Of a DNA stretch of 64,000 nucleotides, positions 1 to 7,487 are shown in pieces (the first letter of the stretch is position 1; each line of letters starts with the position of its first letter). The DNA lies in the IMG/VR virus record IMGVR_UViG_3300005438_000006, positions 5,852 to 69,851 of that record, one strand, 5' to 3'. The position numbers and the translations under genes were made by a program. The DNA comes from a virus (taxonomy: Duplodnaviria > Caudoviricetes). The notes under the pieces are model-generated. The model searched no databases, was not told the DNA's origin, and worked only from the letters and a program-made list of their open reading frames with translations.

Positions 1-345
1 GGAATCTACACGAGCGCTGAAGTTCGCTATGGAGTCGTAATCCCCGAGGACGTAGACGAGGAGCAAGTCGAAAAGCTCATCGAGGATGTAGAGGGCCTGG
101 AGGTAATCAGCTTCGGTGAGCACGACTGGCTTGACGACATTCCGACCTGGGCGCTGGTTCTAACCAAGCCAAAGATAAGCGCTGGCGAATACGCCGTTCA
201 AAAATTCATGCCTCATGAGCTATCCGTTGGTCTTCCGCCCAAAATGGACGAGGCGCAGAATGCCGCGCAGAAGATCGCCCGTGAGCTATGGGACGGCAAC
301 TGGATCGCTGACGTAGCCTGGCTGCTCGTCTGGAGTCGGGGCTGA
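1..345 (+). CDS. 5'-truncated hypothetical protein
   Basis: Frame 1 is open from base 1 to TGA 343-345, which overlaps the next ATG. Confidence 0.6.
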   Translation, partial: GIYTSAEVRYGVVIPEDVDEEQVEKLIEDVEGLEVISFGEHDWLDDIPTWALVLTKPKISAGEYAVQKFMPHELSVGLPPKMDEAQNAAQKIARELWDGNWIADVAWLLVWSRG

Positions 346-623
346 TGCCGCCGCGCGGACGCCCGATGGCGACCTTTGGTATCTGGAGCACGGCGACGCC
401 GGGCGAGGATACCTACGAATTCGTACGTTGGCTGCACGATGATCGTGTGCCCGCTGATTCCAGCTTGTACCTGGCAGCCGACCACTTTGCGGAGCACTTC
501 GCCCAGCATCCCGGCAAGTACATGGTGCAGGTAGTGGGCCGCGGACAATCAGGGCCGCACCTTCAGGCGTTGACGTTCACTGTCGAGCCGGTACAACCAA
601 CCTTTACCGCGAGATTCGGCTGA
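345..623 (+). CDS. hypothetical protein
   Basis: 92 aa ORF with TGATG coupling on both sides. Confidence 0.6.
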   Translation: MPPRGRPMATFGIWSTATPGEDTYEFVRWLHDDRVPADSSLYLAADHFAEHFAQHPGKYMVQVVGRGQSGPHLQALTFTVEPVQPTFTARFG

Positions 624-778
624 TGGCTAAAGACAAAATCATCGAGGCCAAAGTCGAACTACCTGCGTGGCTTGTGAAGCGCGCAGGCGCGACCAACGGG
701 TACGAAACTAAGCGCGTCCTAGAAGACGAGGTCGGCCGCGAGGCAATCGAGCGGGCCATCAAGGAGGCGAAGGCATGA
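623..778 (+). CDS. small hypothetical protein (51 aa)
   Basis: Read by hand: MAKDKIIEAKVELPAW...; overlaps both neighbours. Confidence 0.55.
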   Translation: MAKDKIIEAKVELPAWLVKRAGATNGYETKRVLEDEVGREAIERAIKEAKA

Positions 779-1275
779 GCGACGCGCACTACGGTCACGA
801 CTTGTATGGCGCTTTGCGGAGCGGCTATATTCGCCGCTCTCGCGAAGCGTGCTTCAAGGCGCTGACTGAAGTGCGCGGACGCGTAGACCCAATAGGCGGC
901 GCCGAGGAAAAGCCCGGCGTCGTCTTCGGCCTTGCACTCAGCACGCTGATCCAGTGCGCTGAACGGCAAGGCATCCCCACGGCAACGATCCGCGAAAAGG
1001 TAAAGCGGGTAGCTGACCGATGGGACGAAAGCTTCGGCGGCCACCGGCCGCTAGAGGGTACGGCGCTACTCCAGTTTGACGAAAGCATGGAGGGCGCCCG
1101 CGAAGACCCAGTCGAGACTGGCAATCTGGGCTGGGAGAACTACGACGCCGAGGTTGACGCGATGTCTGAGGAGCGGGCCAAGGAAACTCTAAAGGAGGAG
1201 GCACGCTTACGCAGACAGGCGCAAATCGAGGCAGCCGATTTACGGGAGGGCGTAGACAAATCATCGCCAACCTAG
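775..1275 (+). CDS. hypothetical protein
   Basis: 166 aa ORF, ATGA-coupled, with SD-like AAGGAGG upstream. Confidence 0.65.
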   Translation: MSDAHYGHDLYGALRSGYIRRSREACFKALTEVRGRVDPIGGAEEKPGVVFGLALSTLIQCAERQGIPTATIREKVKRVADRWDESFGGHRPLEGTALLQFDESMEGAREDPVETGNLGWENYDAEVDAMSEERAKETLKEEARLRRQAQIEAADLREGVDKSSPT

Positions 1276-1322
1276 TAAGCTGTTCATGAGCTATCCATTC
1301 CCAACAAAGGAGGTAATCCAAC

Positions 1323-1604
1323 GTGGCACGTCCCGTTTTGGTTATCAAGAACATCGCTGATGCGCCGAAGCGCTACAGCAAAGTCCTGAAGCAGGGCGAC
1401 AAGGCAGTCCGGTTTGAGTTCGGGATTCCGTTCGCGCTACAGGACATCATCGCCGCGAAGCCGCGCGCCAAGAGCGCGATCTTCGGCGTCCTCAACGACG
1501 GCGACCGCTTCGACGGTCAGAAACTCGTTCGCCTGCTGGCGCGCGTGTCCGAGTTGACGATCCCCGAGGTCGTGACCGGCGTCGAGAAGGCCGTCAAGAC
1601 CTGA
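1323..1604 (+). CDS. hypothetical protein
   Basis: AAAGGAGGT SD; -10 TAAGCT at 1276-1281. Confidence 0.65.
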   Translation: MARPVLVIKNIADAPKRYSKVLKQGDKAVRFEFGIPFALQDIIAAKPRAKSAIFGVLNDGDRFDGQKLVRLLARVSELTIPEVVTGVEKAVKT

Positions 1605-1864
1605 TGCTCGCGGTCGGCATCGGCTTCATCGTCGTCCTGCTCCTGGGAGTTCTCTTCCGGGTCGGGCTGACGTGTGGAGCCGTCTACGTGCTGGAGGCGG
1701 TGACGAACCTGCCATCCGGCGTTGACACGATCCTCTGGATCGCGGCGATTCTGTACTCCGCCTACATCATCCTGGTGACGCTGTTCACTCTCGGCGTCGC
1801 GTTGTATGCGGCCAGCCAGGGCCAGTCGGTGCGGAAGGTCCGCGGCCGCCGGTTCCCTGGTTAA
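1604..1864 (+). CDS. membrane protein
   Basis: Two to three hydrophobic segments and a basic C-terminus. Confidence 0.6.
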   Translation: MLAVGIGFIVVLLLGVLFRVGLTCGAVYVLEAVTNLPSGVDTILWIAAILYSAYIILVTLFTLGVALYAASQGQSVRKVRGRRFPG

Positions 1865-2628
1865 GAGCAGTTCACGCTGATGACTCCCGGTACGCAGGCT
1901 TGTACCGGGAGTCCCGGCGCTTCCACACCCACGATAGGAGGTTTTGATGGCGACGATTCAGGCTCAGAAGGTGACGGTGGATTTGCCGACCCTGCTGGTG
2001 GATTCGGGCGGGAAGTCTCTGGGGACGATGGAGCCGGGGCTGGAGTCGATGGGCTACCTGGCTGTACCGGGGACGCTGGATTTTGCGGTTGACCTGGACT
2101 CCCGTCAGGATGATCCGAGCCGGATTTCCCTGACCCTCCGCCTCCTGGCGGCGCACTATTCCCCTCCGGCTGAAGCTTCCCCTGCGGTGCTGGAGACTGT
2201 GAACCGCGTGAACGCTGCTTTGGCGAAACGTCTGACTGGCCAATAACGTCGGTCCCGCGGTCGTGCTGGTTACGAGCTATCCGCAAGCAGTCCCGCGTGG
2301 CGACGCCGGTCAAATCCGGCCGCTTCGAAAGCAGGACGCAAAGCTGATAGTCCGTGATGGAGTCGATGGCCGCCTGGAAGGATTCGTGGCACTGTTTTGA
2401 CTGCGAGCCGTAGCGCAGGCATGGGGATTCGACCTTCGTGATCCGGCTGTTCGTGTCTCCAACTTCAAGCCGCGTCCAGATGAAGCTAGCGATGATGGCG
2501 ATGATGCACAGGATGATGAGCACGAGCTTCGCCTTGCTCACCGACTCCGCGTGCCGGTCGATAACGCCGAGATGCGGGTTCGCGTCGATAAGCTCCTGAG
2601 TCTCCTCTTTGTTCAACGCGTCGCTCAT
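1861..2628 (-). CDS. membrane-anchored Pro/Ser/Gly-rich protein
   Basis: One TM segment (LVLIILCIIAIIASFIW), a Cys-containing domain, then a long Pro-rich linker; AAGGAGG SD. Confidence 0.7.
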   Translation of the reverse strand: MSDALNKEETQELIDANPHLGVIDRHAESVSKAKLVLIILCIIAIIASFIWTRLEVGDTNSRITKVESPCLRYGSQSKQCHESFQAAIDSITDYQLCVLLSKRPDLTGVATRDCLRIARNQHDRGTDVIGQSDVSPKQRSRGSQSPAPQGKLQPEGNSAPPGGGGSGKSGSDHPDGSPGQPQNPASPVQPGSPSTPAPAPSSPETSRPNPPAGSANPPSPSEPESSPSKPPIVGVEAPGLPVQACVPGVISVNCS

Positions 2629-2723
2629 GAGCCTCCTTTAGCCATCATCGAGAAGAGTAGCAACTGCACGCCGATGAACCACACAAGGCAGGTCCGCGGA
2701 AGATGAACGGCAAGCCAGATCAT
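2625..2723 (-). CDS. 32-aa single-TM peptide
   Basis: MIWLAVHLPRTCLVWFIGVQLLLFSMMAKGGS; TAATG/ATGA coupling. Confidence 0.4.
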   Translation of the reverse strand: MIWLAVHLPRTCLVWFIGVQLLLFSMMAKGGS

Positions 2724-2902
2724 TATTTCAAATCCAGCTTCAGTGAGATGGTCGTGGCTGCCAGGATGATTGCCGCCAGGACGATGGTCCCGTCCGGCTT
2801 CTGGCCGTGTTTTGGTCCGATGACGAACTCGTAGAAGAGAATCCCAAGCGCCACGACGAAGAGGATCACGCGTCCGACCTGGGAGGGGGACAGTGACTTC
2901 AT
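2723..2902 (-). CDS. 59-aa two-TM holin-like membrane protein
   Basis: Read by hand (absent from the ORF track): MKSLSPSQVGRVILFVVALGILFYEFVIGPKHGQKPDGTIVLAAIILAATTISLKLDLK. Confidence 0.55.
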   Translation of the reverse strand: MKSLSPSQVGRVILFVVALGILFYEFVIGPKHGQKPDGTIVLAAIILAATTISLKLDLK

Positions 2903-2963
2903 TCATGCGCGGCGGTCAAAAGTGGGCTTGCCATATAGGACATCGTAGCGTAGAATAGTCCGA

Positions 2964-3233
2964 ATGGCCGCACGTCAATTTACCTACACCGACCCAGCCA
3001 GCATCGAAGGCGAACCCGCCGAGGTCGCAGAACTCGCGATCCAGCAGGTCCAGTCTCTTGCGGCGGTAGTGGCGGAGCTATCCACCAAGACCTTCGTCCA
3101 ACTCCGCGCCGCGGGCATTGACCCGGACGCCGACGACGCCGTGAAGGCGTGGCTGGAGACTGAGGACGGCAAGAAGGCTGCCGATCTGGTGTGGGGAGCG
3201 CAGGCTTTCGTTGAAGTGGCCCAGCAACTCTGA
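2964..3233 (+). CDS. hypothetical protein, leaderless
   Basis: TAGAAT at 2951-2956 lies 7 nt before the ATG. Confidence 0.65.
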   Translation: MAARQFTYTDPASIEGEPAEVAELAIQQVQSLAAVVAELSTKTFVQLRAAGIDPDADDAVKAWLETEDGKKAADLVWGAQAFVEVAQQL

Positions 3234-3316
3234 TTTGGCTCTACGAGGTCATTTCGCTCCTCTCTTTGACGTTACCGACACGATGAACCGCGCGCCATAG
3301 GCCGCGGCCGTGCGTC

Positions 3317-3344
3317 TTCATAACCAGTATGACACCTGTGTCAA
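3317..3344 (-). promoter_or_regulatory. TTGAC-N7 promoter-like motif, copy 1
   Basis: TTGACA-caggtgt-CATACT-GGTTATGAA; matches copies at 3731, 10056, 20559 and 53823. Confidence 0.55.
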
Positions 3345-3415
3345 GTCCTCCAGCGGCCGTCTCCGGTGACGTGGCCCGACGCCGCTGCTACCCCCTTCGG
3401 GGTCGCGAGGCGTCG

Positions 3416-3444
3416 AGCGTACACGTTCAAATTCCATTTGTCAA
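3416..3444 (-). promoter_or_regulatory. sigma70/SigA-type promoter
   Basis: TTGACA-17 nt-TACGCT. Confidence 0.6.
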
Positions 3445-3730
3445 ATAGTGGCTATTTGCAGGGCTTTTGGGCGACTGTGGCGGAAGGAAACTCAGAGCCG
3501 GTTTAAGGCTTTGGCCCTCTACGATTCGGCTTCGCCATAAAAATTTGGCTCTGCAACAGGGATTCCGGCGTTATCTGCCAATCCTAAACATAATTCCGAG
3601 GTCGTTGGGCTTTGGCCCTCTTCAGGTATAAGCGTATAGCTGATACTTCCCGATATATAAGCATATGGCTGATACCCACAACCCCACGCCGTTGTACCCG
3701 CCCCATACAACGTCCCAGGGTTGTGGGCGC

Positions 3731-3758
3731 TTGACAGGGGTGGGAGACTGGTTGTGAG
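3731..3758 (+). promoter_or_regulatory. TTGAC-N7 promoter-like motif, copy 2
   Basis: TTGACA-ggggtgg-GAGACT-GGTTGTGAG, upstream of the tRNA-like RNA. Confidence 0.45.
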
Positions 3759-3795
3759 CCAGGTGGTCAACTAGTCAACGCGCGGCCCGGCTCGC

Positions 3796-3880
3796 CCCGC
3801 GGTAACTCAACTGGTAGAGAGCCGACGACGCTGATTAGAAGGTGTCGTTGGCCGTGCGGGTTCGAGTCCCGCCCGCGGGA
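3796..3880 (+). ncRNA. tRNA-like RNA with an elongated anticodon arm
   Basis: 7-bp acceptor stem CCCGCGG/CCGCGGG, D arm, T arm GCGGG-TTCGAGT-CCCGC; 30-nt anticodon arm (10-bp stem plus 10-nt loop). Confidence 0.75.
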
Positions 3881-3898
3881 TTAACGAAAGGAGACCAT

Positions 3899-4213
3899 GT
3901 GGCATACGAAGGCAAAATCCCATTCGATCAGCATGGCAACCCGGTGCCCTTTGCGCCCAACGCCGACGCCGTCGTGTGGAAGGACAACGAGCCGTTCCGC
4001 GCAACGCTGATCTTTAAGGGCTTCCAGCGCGGCCGCTCAGCAGCGCACGCGATCTACGCCAAGGATGATGATCCAACTTGGGAGGTTGCCATGTTCCTCT
4101 CGGACCTGAAGACCGTGATCGAGCTTGGCTGTAAACCGCAGCGTATACAGGGTCGGTTCGCCTTCGTCAAGCGTGGCCAAAACTACGGCATCAAGCTATT
4201 GATCGGACCTTGA
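3899..4213 (+). CDS. conserved phage hypothetical protein
   Basis: AAAGGAG SD before GTG 3899; F-x-GFQRGRSAA motif recalled from other phage proteins. Confidence 0.7.
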   Translation: MAYEGKIPFDQHGNPVPFAPNADAVVWKDNEPFRATLIFKGFQRGRSAAHAIYAKDDDPTWEVAMFLSDLKTVIELGCKPQRIQGRFAFVKRGQNYGIKLLIGP

Positions 4214-4267
4214 CCGGCCTGCTACGCTGGTTGCGAGCCATGATCGTCAATCGAGGAGGATACTGTT

Positions 4268-5515
4268 TTGAGTCAGATTTCGGCCGCTGAGAAGCGCGCC
4301 ATCATCGAGCGGGCGCAGCAGTTGCTCGCCGAGCCAGGCGCCACCCAGCGCACCGTCGCTGACCAGCTTCCCATCGGTCAGTCAACGCTTTGTGAATGGC
4401 TGCGCGCCGAGGGTATCGAGAATTCCGGGCAGGCTGGTGGGCCTGAGCCAGCGGGCATCACGACTGACGGCACGGACGCCTCCATCGCGTCTGACCTCGT
4501 CGCGGATGCGAGCACGCTCACGCCTGAGCAGCTACTGGAAAAGCACGGCCTTGACGCCGATGACTGGATCGTCACGTCGATCCGGGCTAGCCGCTGGGGC
4601 AAGCCGGAGGAACCGCAGTTCCAGCTTCGGGTCAACGCAACCCGGCGCGAGGGTCTTCTCGTCATCCCGGACCTCGGCGACTTCGAGCCGTGGGAGTACG
4701 GCCAGATCGAAGAGTTCGCGCCGCGGCAAGTTGCCTTGATCCCCGACCTCCACGCGCCGTTCCACGACGAGCGGGCGTTGCGGGCGGTCTGCGACCTCCT
4801 GGCGGCGGAGGAACCGGAACAGGTCATCTTCTTGGGCGACGTAGCAGACAACTCAATGCTCTCCAAGCACCGGACGCATCGGCGCTTCAGCGCGTTGCTC
4901 AACGAGACGAACGACGCCGTCGTGAAGAATTTCCGTCGGGTCCGCGAAGCCGTGCCGGAGGCAAGCATCGTCTTTCTGCCGGGCAACCACGATGACCGCG
5001 TCCTCTACTACGCCCAGGACATGGCGCCCGAGTTCGAAGGCGTCCGCCCCGGCCGCCTGCCGGAGGACTTGGACGAGCCGCTGCCGAGCATTGGCTTCCG
5101 TCAGCTTTGGCGGCTGGACGAGTTGGGCATCGAGTTGGTGGACGAGGACTGGAAACTCGCGCAGTACGGCATCACGCCCGAGCTATCCGCTCGCCACGGC
5201 TACCTGACCGGCAACAACTCCGAGCGCAAACTGCTGGAGAAGCACGGCCGCTCGCAGGTCCACGGCCACGACCACCGCGGCTCGCTGGTCTACCGGACGA
5301 AGCACGATCCGCTGGACATCCGCGTCGCGATGTCCTGTGGAACGCTCTGCGAGATTAAACCGGACGGTCTCGGCTATGAGCCGGACCCCGACTGGACGCC
5401 CGGTATGGGCTGGTGTCAGGTCTGGGAGGATGGGCTGTTCCAACTGAGCTTCCTGCCTTACGTGAAAAACAAACTGCTGACCCCGTGGGGTATGGCATTC
5501 GAGGGGAAGGAGTAA
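4268..5515 (+). CDS. calcineurin-like metallophosphoesterase with N-terminal HTH
   Basis: Motifs IPDLH, LGDVAD, PGNHDDR, RHG, VHGHDH; HTH-like ATQRTVADQLPIGQSTLCEW. Confidence 0.85.
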   Translation: MSQISAAEKRAIIERAQQLLAEPGATQRTVADQLPIGQSTLCEWLRAEGIENSGQAGGPEPAGITTDGTDASIASDLVADASTLTPEQLLEKHGLDADDWIVTSIRASRWGKPEEPQFQLRVNATRREGLLVIPDLGDFEPWEYGQIEEFAPRQVALIPDLHAPFHDERALRAVCDLLAAEEPEQVIFLGDVADNSMLSKHRTHRRFSALLNETNDAVVKNFRRVREAVPEASIVFLPGNHDDRVLYYAQDMAPEFEGVRPGRLPEDLDEPLPSIGFRQLWRLDELGIELVDEDWKLAQYGITPELSARHGYLTGNNSERKLLEKHGRSQVHGHDHRGSLVYRTKHDPLDIRVAMSCGTLCEIKPDGLGYEPDPDWTPGMGWCQVWEDGLFQLSFLPYVKNKLLTPWGMAFEGKE

Positions 5516-5518
5516 ACC

Positions 5519-5653
5519 ATGATCGTTGCTGTTGTTTCCCAAGAGGTAGACGGACGCACGGTCGATGTTTTCCATGATGTTGACGAGGCAGTTGTCAACG
5601 GGGAGACCATCCGCCGCCCGGCCAACTTCGTCGTGCTGGTGGTGAACGGATGA
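5519..5653 (+). CDS. small hypothetical protein
   Basis: 44 aa with SD and ATGA coupling. Confidence 0.5.
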   Translation: MIVAVVSQEVDGRTVDVFHDVDEAVVNGETIRRPANFVVLVVNG

Positions 5654-5886
5654 CGTTCAAGCGGCAGCCGTTCGTCTGGGAGGTAACTCTTCAGGCGCAG
5701 GACGGCAAGGAATACACCGAGAAGGTCTCCGCATTCTGGTCGCCTAGCTTCGACGGCGTGAAGGAATCAATCGCTCTAGCGGCGCGGTTGAAGGCGTGGA
5801 TTCGCAACAAACGCAAAGTCGAGTTCGCTGTTCTCGGCGAACCCAAGCTGCTTGGTCGCTTGGGTGACGAGGGAGTAGCAGCCTGA
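5650..5886 (+). CDS. hypothetical protein
   Basis: Coupled operon ORF. Confidence 0.55.
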   Translation: MTFKRQPFVWEVTLQAQDGKEYTEKVSAFWSPSFDGVKESIALAARLKAWIRNKRKVEFAVLGEPKLLGRLGDEGVAA

Positions 5887-6062
5887 TGGCGAAGCTCCTG
5901 ACTCTGCCTGTCGTTGACGAGGCCGACAACATCGCTGCTGAGGATGTTGAAGCGCTGCTGGGAGAGATACTTGGTCTCGACTTCGAGGACACCGTTATCA
6001 CTGACTCCGGCCGCACGATCTACGTCGCTGAGAGCGTTGACCAGATCACGGTGAACCGCTGA
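5886..6062 (+). CDS. small acidic hypothetical protein
   Basis: 58 aa read by hand; TGATG coupling on both sides. Confidence 0.5.
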   Translation: MAKLLTLPVVDEADNIAAEDVEALLGEILGLDFEDTVITDSGRTIYVAESVDQITVNR

Positions 6063-6388
6063 TGACGGCTGACGGAGCTATCCAGGAGGAGGTCGTGGAC
6101 GCCGAGGTTGTGCCGGACGAGGCCGCCGTGGAGGAGCCGAAAGAAGTCCCCAGCGTCTTCTCGGTTACGAACCGCTACCTCGTTGGTGCGGCCGAAGTCT
6201 CGCCGCCCGCCGAGGACGGCAGCCGGGTCATTCGGCTCCAGTCCGCGACCGGCGGCGCTGTTGTCGAGGCCAATCTGTCTCCTGAGCTTTGCGTGTTCAT
6301 CTCAGGCAAACTCGTTGAGGTCGATGTCATCGCAGAAGAAGAGGAAGTAGACGGAGAGGTTGTTGAGGATGCCCGGTCAACGGAGTAA
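6062..6388 (+). CDS. acidic hypothetical protein
   Basis: Coupled operon ORF. Confidence 0.6.
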   Translation: MTADGAIQEEVVDAEVVPDEAAVEEPKEVPSVFSVTNRYLVGAAEVSPPAEDGSRVIRLQSATGGAVVEANLSPELCVFISGKLVEVDVIAEEEEVDGEVVEDARSTE

Positions 6389-6752
6389 CGCTCGCCGGGT
6401 TTCCTCTTTAGGGGAGTCCCCCGCTGAGGCCCGCCGCCGGATGTCGTCTGGTGGCGGGACTGGCGCTGTAGTCGAGTCTGAGACGAAGCCGCCGCTGGGC
6501 GAGGAGGTCGATGGGCCGCTTGGCGCGGAGCACATGGCCGCCATCCGGCAGGCCGATGAGGGCTTCAAGGACAGCGATAAGCGCGATGGCACGGTTGAGG
6601 AGGCCGAGGAGTTGACGGAGCCGCCGACGCCGTCGAAAGCGATGGACATGATCCGGCAACTCAGCCAGGATAAACTCCAGCTTTCCACGGAACGGGACGC
6701 CGCCCTCGACAAAGTTGCTCGCTACGAAGCGAAGTACGGGGAGCTTGACTGA
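6369..6752 (+). CDS. hypothetical protein with C-terminal coiled coil
   Basis: ORF track frame; ATG at 6369. Confidence 0.55.
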   Translation: MPGQRSNARRVSSLGESPAEARRRMSSGGGTGAVVESETKPPLGEEVDGPLGAEHMAAIRQADEGFKDSDKRDGTVEEAEELTEPPTPSKAMDMIRQLSQDKLQLSTERDAALDKVARYEAKYGELD

Positions 6753-6949
6753 TGCCGACGTTTACGTTCTTCAAACAGGAAGGCCCAGTCTTGACTATTC
6801 ACCTTCCTGTTTCCGAGGAGCTAATTCGGGATGCGCTTGACGGCGGGGCTGTTGCTGAGATGGCTGCTGATCTAGCGGCGCAATCGGCTCGCGATGCTGT
6901 TGTGCAGCAACGGCAAAAATTCGAAGAGGAGGGGGAAACTCCACAGTGA
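6752..6949 (+). CDS. hypothetical protein
   Basis: Coupled ORF. Confidence 0.55.
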   Translation: MPTFTFFKQEGPVLTIHLPVSEELIRDALDGGAVAEMAADLAAQSARDAVVQQRQKFEEEGETPQ

Positions 6950-7485
6950 TCGTTCACTTCATCGGCGGCCCGGCGCACGGGCGCTCGGAAGCCATCAAGA
7001 ATCCACACACCACGTATCGCGTGGCGGAGTTGAAGCGGCTGCCTGCCTTCGCGGCCCTGGAGTTCGAAGGCGACTTCTCTGCGGCCGCGGCTGGGCCTGT
7101 TGAGGAGCACGAGTACCGCATCACGCGCCGGACGCGTCGCTACTGCATTGCTGAGTGGCAGCCGCCGAAAGTGAAGGTGCAGGTTTCCGTGGCGTTCACC
7201 GGGCTGGCGTTTTGGGATCAGGGCGTTCACGAGAAGCTGATGAAGTTTGTCTACGAGGAGCACGACAAACCGCCGTTCCCCGGTCCCGGAGGAGGACTCC
7301 AGATGGAGCGCCATCACTATGGGACGGGCGTTCTCACGGTCGAATGGGCAGTCACGGTAGACGGACCCGCTGACCCCGAGGCCATTGCTGAGGCGATGGA
7401 GGTCGTGCAGCACCGGATCGACGTTGGGGTTGGCTTCCTGCCGGAGCGCTTCAGCACCATCGCCGCTCAGGTCGTGTCCGACTAA
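6946..7485 (+). CDS. hypothetical protein
   Basis: Coupled ORF; N-terminal FIGGPAHG motif. Confidence 0.6.
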   Translation: MIVHFIGGPAHGRSEAIKNPHTTYRVAELKRLPAFAALEFEGDFSAAAAGPVEEHEYRITRRTRRYCIAEWQPPKVKVQVSVAFTGLAFWDQGVHEKLMKFVYEEHDKPPFPGPGGGLQMERHHYGTGVLTVEWAVTVDGPADPEAIAEAMEVVQHRIDVGVGFLPERFSTIAAQVVSD

Positions 7486-7487
7486 CT

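Noticed and set aside
2625-2906. 93-aa ORF from the track
   Set aside because: A frame starting at 2902 gives a far more plausible two-TM protein coupled by TAATG to a 32-aa peptide.
3519-3770. 83-aa AT-rich - strand ORF
   Set aside because: TTG start without SD, atypical codon use, and it overlaps promoter and repeat motifs. It cannot be excluded as a gene remnant.
3796-3880. Intron-containing or suppressor tRNA
   Set aside because: No bulge-helix-bulge or group I features. No excision gives a canonical U33/purine-37 loop. The TTA and TAG triplets sit in a 10-nt loop on an over-long stem.
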